Assembly (NCBI GenBank): GCA_023920165.1
Contig: CP089275.1
Location: 1,550,001-1,614,000, forward strand
Length of the DNA stretch: 64,000 nt
DNA from: Curvularia clavata
Lineage: Eukaryota
Direction of reading: 5' to 3'
Within the stretch, counting starts at the first letter, position 1; each line of letters opens with the position of its first letter. The notes under the pieces were generated by a model that did not search any database, was not told where the DNA came from, and saw nothing but the letters and a program-made list of their open reading frames with translations. A program made the position numbers and the translations under genes. Shown piece after piece: positions 24,885 through 38,341 of this stretch.

Positions 24885-27800
24885 ATGGCTTCGGCCGCGA
24901 AAGTCCAGCATTCCAAGTTCGATGCCCAGGTCGGTAGTAATGTTAGTTCGTTACGATATACGTTTCTGAAGGATACAGTCTTTCAATCCAGGCTTGAATG
25001 TCGTTTATCCTAATGATGAGCAAGCATCGTTGAAGTTGTCGACAAAAGTCGAGTACGTAACGATGAATATGGTTTCCATTTCGAATACCTATTAAGATCA
25101 AACAGAATCATCGCCATTCCAGGTCTTGGTGCAGATCCCGAGTACACATGGAAGAAAGACAAGGTGCATTGGTTGCGCGATGCGAACATGCTACCAAAAA
25201 AGATCCCACATGCCAAGATTAGCGTCTTTCAGTATCAGTCGCAATGGTTTGGAAAAGGATCTGTCGACGAGCGCATAGACAACGTAGCGAACAAGTTATT
25301 ACACGGATTAGATCGCTCAAGAGTGGTGCGTCTTGAAATGACATCTCAATTGCTACCTGCTGACGCTTTGAAGAATGAAACAAAGACACCCATTATCTTC
25401 ATTGCTCACTGCCTAGGTGGCATCATCCTGGAGAAGGCTTTGCTCATGGCGCGGTCACGCCAAAGAGACTTCCCGAACGTCTACCCTTGGGTTGCTGGTT
25501 GCTTTTTTCTGGGTACACCATTCCACGGCACGTCAAGCCAGTCCAAAGCACTAGTTCTGGCGTCTATGGCCGAGCTTGTTGGCTGGGGCACGCCGACAAC
25601 CCTTCTCAAGGTCTTAGAGAAAGACTCGGAGATACTGCGGAGTTTGCTTACTGAGTTTTCTTTCATGGCAAGAGATGCTCAAATCCGGCTACTCTGCTTT
25701 TGGGAAGAAAATGACAGTGATCTTGTCAACTATATGGTAAAAGGCGTCTCGTGGCTTAAAAGTAAGGAGCGCATTGTTGACCAAGCCTCTGCGACTATTG
25801 AGTCATTTGAGAGCCTTTCTCTTATGTCGGACCATTTTCAACTTAACAAATTTTCTGGGCCAAAGGATGGTAACTTTACAACTGTATCCGATGAAATTAG
25901 AGAGCTGGCAAGTAAAGCAGACAGCATCATCAAAACGCGCCAGAACATGTTGCGACAATCTCAGGTAGACGATCGAACGTACCACAGCATGATAGATGCC
26001 TTGAGCAAAGGATTCGTGGATATCGAGGCCGCCATGAAGGGCTCCTACCGTGAAGCAAAAGGCGCCAAGCTGTCCTCCATCCTAGAACTTGAAAGTTTTC
26101 AACAATGGAGAACTTCAGATACCGATCATGTCTTTTGGATTCATGGAAAGGCCGGAACAGGTCAAGGTGCTATCGCTTCTTCTGCGCTGGAGTGTCTGAA
26201 GAAAGGCGGTAACCGAAATTCAATGGTCGCGTCTTTTTTCTGCGACCAAAGTGACAGAATGAGACGCACTCTCAAGGGTTTGCTACAAACAATTGTTCGC
26301 CAACTGCTTGATTCAGACCAGGATCTTGCACGCCACCTTCTTCTGGATTCTCAAGGTAGCAGAGACGGCGGAAGCCAGATTTTCAACGCGGAAGAAACGC
26401 TCAAAATTCCTGCATTATGGACAGCGCTTCAAAAGATGTCTCAAGACATTCGCGAGTCAACTGTATATGTCGTCGTGCATGGCGTAGAGCAGTTGGCCCA
26501 AGATTCACTAGAACAATTTCTTACATACATGCAAGGAACGATTGAAACCGCTACTGATAGCCAAAGTGATGGAGGCTCCCAGCCTATCAAATGGCTTCTG
26601 CTCAATCGCAGTGGTCGTCCGATCATTGAGAAATACTTGAAGGACAAGGTACCAGAAATCGATCTCAATGATGCTGGCAACTCCGCCCAAGTTAGCGACG
26701 ATCTGAAAGCACACATATCCGTGAGCGTGGATGAGCTCGGACTTCCGGCTTCATTGGCGTACTTCGTGAAACGCCATATCTATCTTCGTGCAGAAGAAAA
26801 CTGGATCTATGTCAGCCTAGTGATACGGGAATTGAAAAATGCGTGGAAACCAGGCCGGACTCAGCACGCAGATATTCGGAAACTACTCGAGTCGTTCCCG
26901 TATGGCCTCACAGATATGTTTGAACATATTCGGAAGCGGGTTCTTAGTCCGCAAGCCGAAGGATACGAATACACAAAGGAGATACTGCGGTGCCGGATCC
27001 TGTCATACATAGCCCCCACAATGCGGGAGCTCGCTGTCATGGCCGGATTGCCCCATGAGGATCTAGAAGACCTTGAGAAACTCGAAGCGTACATCATACG
27101 CTGTGGCGCATTCCTTACGTTGAGGGGTAATGATTGGGATCTGGATAACAGTACTGTTGAGTGGATCGACATATCCGCTGCAGAACATCTCACGGTATAT
27201 TCCAAGTATGAACTTTCACTGGACCTCGATGAAATGCAGCATGGTATCATCGCTCTACGTTCATTGGAATACATTTACCAAGCTATTGAAGACCAAGACA
27301 CGCCCACACACGATGACGAACAAGAAGAATGGGAAGCTGGGGTTGGTGCAGAAAATGCACCAGATGAAGTTGACTTCAATGCTGGTGGACCAGTTCAGTA
27401 TAGCCAGGTCAACGACAATCCAGAAATCGATGAAGCTGACTCTGATGACATGACTGATACTTCCACGACCCAGGAAGACGACGAAGATGAAGGTCTCTTA
27501 GATGTCGACCTCAGGTATCCTGTTCGATATTGGGTTGAACATGCGAAAAGAGCGCCGCCTGACGTTCTCGAAGAATTCAATTTCAGCCACTCCTTTTGGC
27601 AAAAGGACTCAGAAGCTCGCCAGAGGTGGTGGAACACCATCCAAGAAGTACACAGTATGGTAGGCCAGCGGAACATTTCTTCACTTCATGTGGCAGTCAT
27701 CTTAGAATTTCCTGCTTTGGTCGATCACCTCATCAACTTACACGGAACCCTAAATGTACATGAGCAAGATTCTTTGGGATTTCAACCCCTCTACTATGCT

Positions 27801-30800
27801 TGCGAAAGTGGAAATGAAGAGACTATCAAAATTCTGCTTGGTGCAGGCGCGGATATCGACTTCAAGAGCTGTGACGGGAATCCTACTGCATTGCACGCTG
27901 CCTGCAGTAACGGTCGCTATGACGTTGTAAAAATTCTTCTAGACCGCAACGCCAATGTGAATGCATCCTCAATCGATCATGGGACGGCGCTCTATGCGGC
28001 TGTCGGTAGTCTCGACAACCGCATTGTCGAGCTTTTGCTTGATCGGCATGCTGAAGTCAACATTATCGGCGGAACGCACCGGCGGGCCCTGAACCTCGCT
28101 GCCTTCACTGGAAATATAGATGCTGTGCGTATTTTGATCGAGCACGGTGCGGACATTGATCCTGATGAAGATTATTGGTATGTACTATCTGAGTTCAACA
28201 CGCATTTGGAGCATATACTAATTAGTCCTCCCTATATCTAGGTATGGTTCTGCACTTGGTGCAGCCGTACGCCGCGGACATGCTGATGTTGTTCACTATC
28301 TTCTCTTACAATCCTGGAGTCTCTATCGTCCCATAAAAACCTATGGAAGCTTCCTGAGCGCTGCAGCTACCTACAATCATCATGACGTACTTGAGATCCT
28401 ATTGCAGGGCGAAGATCGTGTTCTTGTTCTGGAACAAGCTCTTCAAGCAGCAGCCCAAAGAGGCTATGCTTCGATCGTCGAAGCAATACTGAAACGAGAC
28501 TCAGAGCTTCCTTCTTCCACACTCAGACACCAGAGATCGTTTTCACTGGCGGCTTTCTACGGCAGGACGGATGTGCTGCAGCTACTATATCCATGTGGCA
28601 TTGACCAGGCACAGCTAGATGAAGCTTTGTACCAGGCCACTGATAACAAGCATCTGGAGACCGTTAAGTGCCTTCTCGATTTCGGTGCAGATCCCAATGT
28701 GGAAGGCCCTATGTGAGTTCAGAAGGTTTTATTTTCTACGCAAAAGCTGACTAGTTCAAAGTTACGGATTTGCCCTAGCTGCTAGCGCGTAAGTTTATCA
28801 CTGTTCATCGTGCTTTGGCGACATGGAGATAGTGCCTTCGAATGCACCCTCAAAACCCTTCTGTGAAAGGTCACACATCAAGCCTTTATCTCCGTTCAGC
28901 TGACTACCTTTGGTCACTGTCTGAAACGAACGACTTGAGGCTGGAACATGTCATCAAAATAGCACTAACCATATATGTAGGTATGACGGCACGAAGGAGA
29001 TCATGAGAGCCCTCTTGGACAGAGGGGCTGATGTCAACAAGCGTGGAGGTGACTATGGTACAAGTCTCCAGGTATGATTTGTGAATCGGTGCCTCAGAGT
29101 CATTGCCACTAATTCTTCCTAGGCGGCGGCATGGTTCGGTGATTCCGACAATGTGAAGCTGCTGCTTGACTATGGTGCCAAAACTAACACTGAGCCCATT
29201 GGTTATTACGGTCATGAATTACAAGGTGTGTGTATCGTATTTGCCCGAAGACCGTTTGCTGATCTATGGTTTTTAGCCGCCGTACACACGGGTAATGAAG
29301 CAACTATTCGTCTTCTTATTCAGTATGGAGCGGATGTCAATGCCTTTGGTGGTCACTTTTCGTACCCGATAATTGCAGCAGTTGACCAAGGTGATAGTGT
29401 TGCGACAAGAATATTGCTTGAACACGGTGCTCATGTGAACGTACGCGGTGGCATAGACAACTGGCCCGTAGTCTCACTAGCCGCATCGACCCTACGCACA
29501 GAAGATCTGCAACTCCTCATAAAAAATGTTTCAGACATAAATGCCGCGTGTGCTAGAGGTACAACTGCCTTGATCAATTGCGCAGATGCATGCGATATCG
29601 ACGGTTTGAGATTTCTGTTGGCGCATGATGCCGACGTCCATGTTTCAAGTGAGAAGTATGGTACTGCGCTTCATGCCGCTGCGTTAGTAAACCCCTTTTT
29701 GCTGTTCGAACACTGCTAACAGACATGTAGAGCTGAAGGCGATGAGGATTGCTGCGAAGTTTTGCTCGAAGCCGGCGCTAACGTTAACGCCATCGGTGGG
29801 CCATATGGGACAGCTCTGCAGGCTGCTGCATGGGCTGGAGACATTGAGACGATTGATGTGTTGGTGAAAGCGGGTGCTGACATTACAATCAGCGAGCCCA
29901 TATCTGGCACATATGGAACAGCTCTACAAGCTGCATGCGCGGCTGGCTGGCTAAATGTTGTTCAAAAGCTCTTGAAGCACAATGCAGCAGTCAATGTTCG
30001 GCCAGCTAATGGACTGTTCGGTGGAAGCCTTTCAGCGGCAGCGGCGGGTGGGCATACGAAGATTGTGAAGCTTCTCATCCGACATCATGCCGATGTAAAT
30101 GCTAGTGGAGGCCTGCACGGGTTTCCAATCCTTGCTGCCGCTCAATCTGGTGTCTTATCTGTTGTCAAATGCTTGCTCGCTAATGGCGCGAATGCTTCAG
30201 CTTCAGGTGGCCTGCTTGGATCGACTATAGCCGCCGCTGTAAAAGGCAACAATCTGGACATATTCAATAAGCTCATAGAACATGGAGCTGACGTACACGC
30301 AAAAGGAGGGAAATACGGCGATGCTCTTCAAACTGCTGCAATGAAGGCCGACATCGCCATCATCGATGAAATTCTGGGCAGGGCAATCGAACTCGTCAAT
30401 CACAAAGCAGGGAAATACTACACAGCTCTAATTGCAGCCTCCTACTTCAACCGCATGGAGATTGTCGCGAAGTTGCTAGATGCTGGAGCAGATTTTCGCA
30501 TTCAAGGAGGGCTTTATCGAAGCGCTATCGCCGCCGCTTCCATTCGTGGAAATAAGGCCATCCTAGACCGATACTTGTCTATGAAGCCTCCGGATCACTT
30601 ACTCGATGAAGCGCTTGTAGAAGCCTGCGCCTACCGTCAATCAGCCTGTGTGGATGCTTTGCTCAAAGCTGGTGCTAATGTCTACGCTCGTCACTCCACT
30701 CGCGGATCCGCAACTAAAGCGATTGATGCACCCGAGGAAGAAGATCTTAACTCTGACGTTGAAGAGGACAACGCAGATGAGGAAGATGATGATGAGGAAA

Positions 30801-32008
30801 AAGAAGAAGAAGAAGAAACCAATGAATGGGAGGGTGACAATGTCTCTTTGTCTGGTCAGACAGATGAGGGCAGTGTCACAGACTTACAACTAGAAGAAGA
30901 CGTTTCGGAGGAAACGAAGATAAGGAAGCTATTGAAGGAGGCCGAAGAGCGCTGTAAGCGTAATCCGACCGTCAAACGCTTCAGAACCGTAAAATATGCG
31001 CACATGCCATCCAGTCTTACCGTGGAATCATATGCTCATTTGTCGGTACCACCACTGCGCTTGGGCACGAAGCATGAAGTCTCTAAAACTTCGGACTCCA
31101 CAAGCTTTTACGGAGTGCATTCAAATCATAGCTCCCAGGAAATACGAAATCAATCCTTCGATACACAATCAGGGGATCCAGCAATGGCAACACAGGCTGG
31201 GTATTCGATCCCGAATCCTTTGACAGGCATAGCGGAAGTTCCGATTGCATTCGACACGTCCATTCAGAACGGTTTCGAATCTTCATTTCCAGATGCTGTG
31301 GATACGCAATCCCCAGAGAGGATCCTTCCGAGACGGGAGTCCGCTCCAGTACCAAATTCGCAACGACAAGATTCAGCGCCTACTTCCAGTATCCCTCAGC
31401 CCAACATGCCCCCAGTAAGAAAGGGAAGCTCTGATTATGGGCTCAAAAGACAAACCAAAGTTGTCAATCGTAGATCTATTGCAAATCTAGAAACGCTCAG
31501 CCGGTATCACCAACAACAGCGACAATCAAACTACCCAAAGGCTAGGCCGCCCCTGGATTCGTCGATTTCAGAGAACGATTATGCAGTAAGCAGCCAGGAA
31601 ACCGGCTATCCTACTTCATATCATACAGCTAGTTCATCTGCTTCACGCATTGATCTCACTGGTATGAGACACCAATCATCACCGTCAATCACGAACCGTC
31701 ATTCGCAACAATTCACGCAATCGCAGCCATATGCATATCCACGGCAGTTACAAACATCACAGTCTCAGTACTTCCCTTACGTACCAAACACGGCTGCGCC
31801 GCAATCTTCTGTACCTTATACCAGGCCTCCTGAGATCTCGTCGCCAGTATCAACCCATGGCAGTCATTATACGGGCAGTAGTAGTCAGTATCAAGCTTCA
31901 GATACACCCCCTTCTAGCATAAGTGGTTCCATTGCTGCGAAGGGGGCAAGTGAAGTACAAGAAAATAGGTGGGCTAGCGGAGGTTATGATGGTGAGGGAT
32001 ATGGTTGA
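24885..32008 (+). CDS. NLR-like protein: SesB/PGAP1-like alpha/beta hydrolase + degenerate NACHT + ankyrin repeats + low-complexity tail, multi-exon
   Basis: IIAIPGLGADPEYTW..HWLRD, AHCLGG, FLGTPFHG and DHFQLNKF (SesB-type); FWIHGKAGTGQG, SFFC and downstream NACHT helical region; many GGxYGTALQAA-type ankyrin repeats in 27680-30720; predicted introns include 24934-24991, 25326-25373 and several in 28178-29730. Confidence 0.87.
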
Positions 32009-32114
32009 GGAGTGAATAATATGGGCACGAAGACTACTACCTCGCCAAATTCTTTCCCACTGTCACAAAGACGCCTGCTGCCGATGTTGTCCTATTTGTC
32101 CTTTCAAGCAACAA

Positions 32115-32935
32115 TCAAGCGACTTTTCCCTCCTTGATTAGTTGACTGAGTGTCTGATTCCTCACTGTCCATTCTTCAAATTCGCTTGGATACTTTTCCA
32201 CCAATAGGTCGCTTACAATCCTCGCAAATACTACTTCGCCCCAGGGATTCAGATGCGTTCTGTCTTTCCCTGTCGTTCCGTTTTCACCCCAGTTATAAGT
32301 ATCCGCGCCCTTTTGACCAATTGCATTCACATAATCTGTCGATGCTCTATTGAGGTCGATGTGGTGGACATCGTTCGAGGTCGCGGCATCGATTGTGATA
32401 GCACTCTCCTTTGCAAGGTTTTCGATGACGCGATTTGTTGTAGTATTGAATGTACGACGCGTGAGTGGTGTAACAAGAATGGGCGTACCACCCGAGTTTT
32501 TGATTTCGGAAGCAAAGGCTGCGAGATTATCGCGGTATTGTGTCGCGGAAACCCCTGAAGTTTCTTTTTGGTCATTGTGGCCAAACTGCATGTATCATTA
32601 GCCTCATCTTCAATCATGAAGTCCAGTTGTGAGCTATTTACCTGAATCGTCACGTAGACCCTATAATCTTGCTTGTAGGTGGATAGGTCTTTAGTAACTC
32701 TGGCCCAGTCGCCTCCAGCGCGGAATGATGCCGTTGTAGCGCCACTATGCCCGTAATTTTTCCCTGAAGATCCTTTTGCGACGGTTTTCGAAAGAAACGC
32801 GTCTCCCCACCCACCGCTAGTAGCTGTGGTTGAGTCGCCTGCTAGAAGCCAATATATTGGTTTTGTTGCAACCTCGTGCATGTTACTCGGGGCGGCTAGC
32901 GCAAGGGGAAGTAATGATAGCAGTGCGAGCCGCAT
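32115..32935 (-). CDS. secreted SGNH/GDSL esterase (CE12 rhamnogalacturonan acetylesterase-like), 2 exons
   Basis: signal peptide MRLALLSLLPLALA; LAGDST, GWG, SGATT, QFGHNDQK and DRTHLN motifs. Confidence 0.9.
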
Positions 32936-33814
32936 GGCCGCGAGTGCTGATGTTACAAACTGTCTTGAGAGCTCGAAGATACAGTAGAAAAGTTTCCGAT
33001 TAGACCAGGAAAGCTACAGCGTGTGATATCACCTTGATGGGCCTTATTTATGTTGTGGAGGCAGGTAGACCTGTGAGATCACATCCCGCCTTCCGTTTAA
33101 TTTACCACGTATATAGAGGCTTCGCCATTCCTTTGGCACCGTTCCGACGGCTTCTATTGTCGGTGTAATTTCTTAAAGTCGATGCACACGCGACGGAAAA
33201 TCTGTCCAACTGCTATGTTGGCGAAAGCCGTTGCGGGGTGCATTGTCGATCGCCAAGTACCTCGCGGTAACATGACCCGAGGATACCTACCTTCTTGAGG
33301 ACTGCAATCTTATGGCGCGGTAGGAGTATATATATTTTTTTCTTACAGGACTTGATGGATGTAACTAGCAGATTCTACACATATCATTCACAGTGGTTTC
33401 ATCGTCTCAGAAATAGAATAGCGAGAAGGGGGATAAAGACTCCAGTGCAACCACTAAAACCGGAAAACTGATCAGAGCTAGCTCACGTAAGAATAATCTA
33501 TCAATATAAATAATACATAACCGTGGCAACTACTGCTACTTTTAAAAGTAGAGTTGTAATTTCAAACAATCAATGCTTGTGATAATTACAGCTACTTTTG
33601 AGAGTGGTGGTTCTGTAGGCTGCCATTTTCCAGTTTCACAAGTTGTGGGAGAGCAGCACTGCCGGCACGGCACGGCACGGAAGCAAGACATGGCCCGACA
33701 TCCGATCTGACAGGCAGCAACACAACTCAAAAACATGTTCAATGCAGTTGTAAGCCAACTACGACTTCCTGACCGATTGTGAGACACGATTTCAAAACAT
33801 TGTCTACACAAGAC

Positions 33815-34449
33815 ATGCCGTTCACCAAATTCATTTCGGACATTCTTCCGCCACTTCATCTGCTAGCTTACTCGACTCTGATTGGAGCAGAACTATATCA
33901 AACCATTGTGGTGACGAAGATTGCATATCGAACCTTGCCGAAATCTTCTTTTGTCGGTTTCCAGAAGCGAATATTTCCAGTTTATTTTGAGACCCAATCA
34001 GCGCTTTTGTTGTTTGTCGCAATAACATCGCCACCTTACGGACCGGTCTCATTATTCAAAGAAACGGCCAATTGGATACCTTTTGTGATTGCCGGTATGA
34101 CTGCGGCATTGAACCTGATAGTTTATGGACCAAAAGCTAAGGCTCTGATGATTGAAAGGGCGCTCAAAGGTACGTAGAGTTCAGATAATAATTCTTCCTC
34201 AAGAGTAAGATTTCTCGGTTCACCTTGGAGCTTTCTCAATAATACCACACATCACTTACTTGGAGAATAGCAAGCCGTGATGGAAAGCTGCAATCTGATT
34301 CCGCCACAAAGAATCAGGACATGGCTGTTGTGGACAAGTTATTTTCTCGAGCGCATGCAATGAGCATTCATCTAAATCTCATAACGATTGGTGCAACTTT
34401 GTTCTACGGCTGGCGTCTGGCATTGAAATTGCAGTTTCATAGAGATTGA
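33815..34449 (+). CDS. TMEM205/DUF4149-like membrane protein, 2 exons
   Basis: HLLAYSTLIGAELYQT..FQKRIFPVYF..LNLIVYGP; intron 34170-34270; exon 2 FSRAHAMSIHLNLITIGATLFYGWRLA. Confidence 0.85.
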
Positions 34450-34662
34450 ATACAATTATGAATTATTTCTATTCTCAAAAAAGTCTGTTCGTATTATTGA
34501 AAGAGGGATGCGGATGAAACGACGGATCCCCACGTCTCCACACCCATCTCAAAGCGGCAAGGCTGGTTGCGGCACGGGAACTGTTGTTCGCTCCGTCCCG
34601 TGCAGTCGAACACTCACCGCAATCCCACCCTTGCGGCAACTGACACAGAAAAATACCCTTGA

Positions 34663-37036
34663 ATGCAAGAAAACGACAGGCCTTCCGCTGCAAAAGCGGG
34701 GTCATCACGAACCATACAAGCGTGTCAACGTTGCAGAAACCTGAAAACGAGGTGCCTACCAAGCACCCAGTCGGGACGATGCCAAAGGTACAAGCTTCAA
34801 CTTTTATCGTCTCTGCGAATACAACTATTCACGTTTCGTAGCTCACACATGAGCTCATGGCTGAAAAGGTCACAGGTGTCTTCATTCCCGAAACGAATGC
34901 GCTTGGGCTGATGTGCCTCGACGAGCAAGGAAACTACGCGCGCCATCGTAAGTTGGCTTCTGGCATCAAACACCCCTCCATTCTTACCTCTCTTAGACGC
35001 ATTGCCCAGGTTGAGCAAAAGATCGATGGTCTCGTAGCCAAGCTTGTTAGCGCAACTGAAGATGAAGCCACGCCTCGCTCAGTTTCTAGCTCGGCATCTG
35101 TTCCTTCTAAGACGAGATCAGTCGCGCAGGGAAGCTGGATGTCTGTACCATCATTCAGCCCTATCGAACCACAATTGGGAGCGCACATAGAGAATGCCTC
35201 TCATGATGCAGAAGCCGATCGGCAGTATCTCGAAGATATCCGTGGCATACATGGCTTCGATGATCGACAAGGCGGTGGTCAGGCTCACGAAGGCCCTTTC
35301 AGGCCAACGAGACGACGCGAAGAGCCTATAAACGAGGAACTTGTTAGCAGCCTAATCGCTTCAGGCGAGGCAGAACTGTTGATAAAGGAGTTCCGTCTAA
35401 TGTCGGTCTCATTTCCATTTGTCATTATACCTCAACATCTTTCCAGCACCGAGTTACATTCGGAAAGGCCGATGCTCTTCCTTGCAATAATGATGGTTGC
35501 CTCTTGGAAGAATTACTCACAGCAGAGGAGACTTGATGCGATTTATCGTACTGAACTTGCCCATCGCACAATAATCAGCCCTCGAAAAACTCTTGGGCTG
35601 ATACAAAGCCTTCTCGTATACCTTTCCTGGTACGTCACAATTTACAAAAATGATTTATCGTATGCTAAGAATTGCAGGTATCATTTTATTTTCAGTCACA
35701 AGACACAGCAAATCTTTCTGCTACATCATCTCGTGGTTGGATTGGCGCTTGATACTGGACTCCACCAAGATTACCAGCCAGCTGACATTTCCAACCCGCG
35801 ACGACAGAAACCTCCACCACTATCAAAGAAAGAGATGAGAGAAAGACAAAGAGTCTTACTAGGATGCTATTATGTCTCATCAATGTATGTGCCTTCGAAT
35901 TGTTCTTAAAATATTTGTTGACACAATGCAGGATAGGCGCTGCTTTCCAAAAGCCGAATCTTTTCAAGTACACACGTTGCATAGGAGAAGCAGCCGAGAG
36001 CTTGGAGCAAGAGCAAGAGCACGATTCTGATAAAATCATGAGCCGTCTGATCTCCTTACGACAGATTGAGGAGCATATACAAGATGCGCTGTTTACAGCG
36101 GACAATATGCAACTGTCTCTGTCAGACGGATGTACACTGATGCATTTGCGCTCCATAGAAGCTCAACTCGATGCATGGAAAGCAAAACCTTGCTACTCAG
36201 CATCTCCAAGACGTAAATCATTTTGGATATCGAAGAAAGTGTCTTGATTTTGCTAACAGGGCGCAGTTCTCGACCTCTCTTTCTTTTTCAGTAGGATGCT
36301 ACTGCACAGTGTAGCTCTTCGACCACACGCATCGAACCTTCCACCGCCACCCCCTTCAGCGCTGCTCAACTCGCTATTCTCTTCATTGGAATCTGGTAAG
36401 CAGTTCCTGGACATACTTCTGTCGTTTCCAGTGGACGAGTACTATCTTATTTCCTTTGTTGAGTGGGTGCGTTTGCCATCGGTCATCATAACGATAGCTA
36501 AGCTGTGCATGCCAAATGCCGACCATGTCGCCTGTGGGTGGGATGCGCAAGCAGCTCAAGAGAGAGTTCGTCTCGAGCTGTGTCTCGAATCACTCTGCTA
36601 TCGAATGCAAACATTGTCGACATACGATGAAGTAAAGCAGCCCCATTCTGACTTTTGGCGGGCTATGGGATTCATGGTGGACTTGACGAAAAATTGGTAC
36701 CTTCGGAAAATACAAGCGCAGGCACGAATGCAGAAGAATATGGAGCCTCGATCGGAACTTCCAGCGGGGGTGTGCCCAATATCTGCTATGTCCACAGCAA
36801 GCTCTACACAGGGATCAGAAGGACAACGTTCCGCATTGCCCGCTGTAGACTTTGTGTGCGAGGCCAGTGGAGGAATAGATGACGACATCAACGAGGGCAA
36901 CGATCCGTTTGCACTCATGAAGAATGCAGATTTCGACCTCGAGCAGTTCTTCGACATGGCAGGAGGTATCTGGGGCGACCAGAGCTACAACAGTTACTCA
37001 GATATGAACTTCGGTAACAACGGGTCCTTCTGCTAG
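34663..37036 (+). CDS. Zn(II)2Cys6 transcription factor, multi-exon
   Basis: CQRCRNLKTRCLPSTQSGRCQR|CLHSRNEC across intron 34788-34875; middle region FPFVII..ERPMLFLAIM..LGLIQSLLVYLSWY, ERQRVLLGCYY. Confidence 0.9.
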
Positions 37037-38341
37037 TGAAATTCAGACGATGCGCCTGGCGCTACCTGATGTACAGGTAGAGGGTCTTCCTAGCCTCGCT
37101 ATTCGTTACGCAAGTCCTTTCCAAATAAATTTAAGGCAGCCGTATACCCCGTGCCAACTCTTCAACCATACCTCGCTGTGTGACACGATGCGACCGATCG
37201 GATGCGATCAAGACAAGACGTGACCACGAGGACCTACTTAGACATACCGAGTGAAGGAGGACGGCAGTCGTACACCGCTCATGCTCTACGCTTGGGCCCG
37301 CTCACATTCCAGAATGGAATGGAATGGCTTCGGATGACTACACCACCATTTGTGCCGATCCACGGTGGCTTGCAGCGTGACCGACGTATATTACAATCGA
37401 AGATCTAGAGGCTGGTGATTAGCCTGACTTGACATCCACCGAACCACGCTATGGACGAGGGACGAGGCTTAGAAGGCATAGGCATAGACGATCTTCATGT
37501 TCAGAGTCGTTAATCGTTAGCCTAACAGACTTGGATGTTTAGGTATTCGAGGTGCTACCAAGTTAGTCCGGGCTTGTCAATAGTGCGTAGCCACGGTTGA
37601 TCACCCTTACGCTAGGACAGTCCACGAGGTGTCAGGTTACGCCATAGGGCCAACGTCGCCGCTCGCGCCCCAACCGCCCCAACGTCTCTGGCCACCTCAT
37701 GCGCACCGTGCGAAGCACTAGATGTTAGCATGTGAGACCCTGTTACGCATGTCACGTGCCCTCCATACATACCTACATGAACAATGGTCCGCCTGTCTTC
37801 TTTTGGTACTCTAAGCTGACAACGAAACGCCATCCAATGCCAGTCCCCAGCTTCCCTCTATGGCGCAATTCCGCTACCCCGCAAGTCAGCATTTCCAGGC
37901 ACGAGTGCATCTCCCGTGCTTCTTTGACAGGGCCTTCCCGATCGGGCCGCCATATGGTGGTGATGCTTTGTCCGCTCTCATTGGCTGCCACCATAGTAGT
38001 ATTTCCGTCGCTGACGCTTGGCGAGCAGGCGCCGTCCGCTAACCGGTTTGCATACCCCAGCAGCATCGTCGCATGTGTGACATCAGCTGGGTCCCTGCAT
38101 TCACGCCTTGAATTTTCCTTTGGTCGAAGACGCGTCCTGCCATCCCCTCGCTATAAAAGCAATTGTTATATATCGCATTCGTCATCCTAATGTTGTCTTT
38201 GTTCACCACAAGCTTTCCCTCAGACTATTCAATCTTCAGATTCTGCTTTCCACATATCTTCACCTAACTATACTTATCCTTTTTGGACCAACTGATTCCT
38301 TTTCCTGCACCTGACGTCCTACGCATTTCCGAGTTTTCACT

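Noticed and set aside
33661..33682. (CACGG)3 repeat as a binding site for the neighbouring Zn2Cys6 factor
   Set aside because: Too short to distinguish from a simple microsatellite
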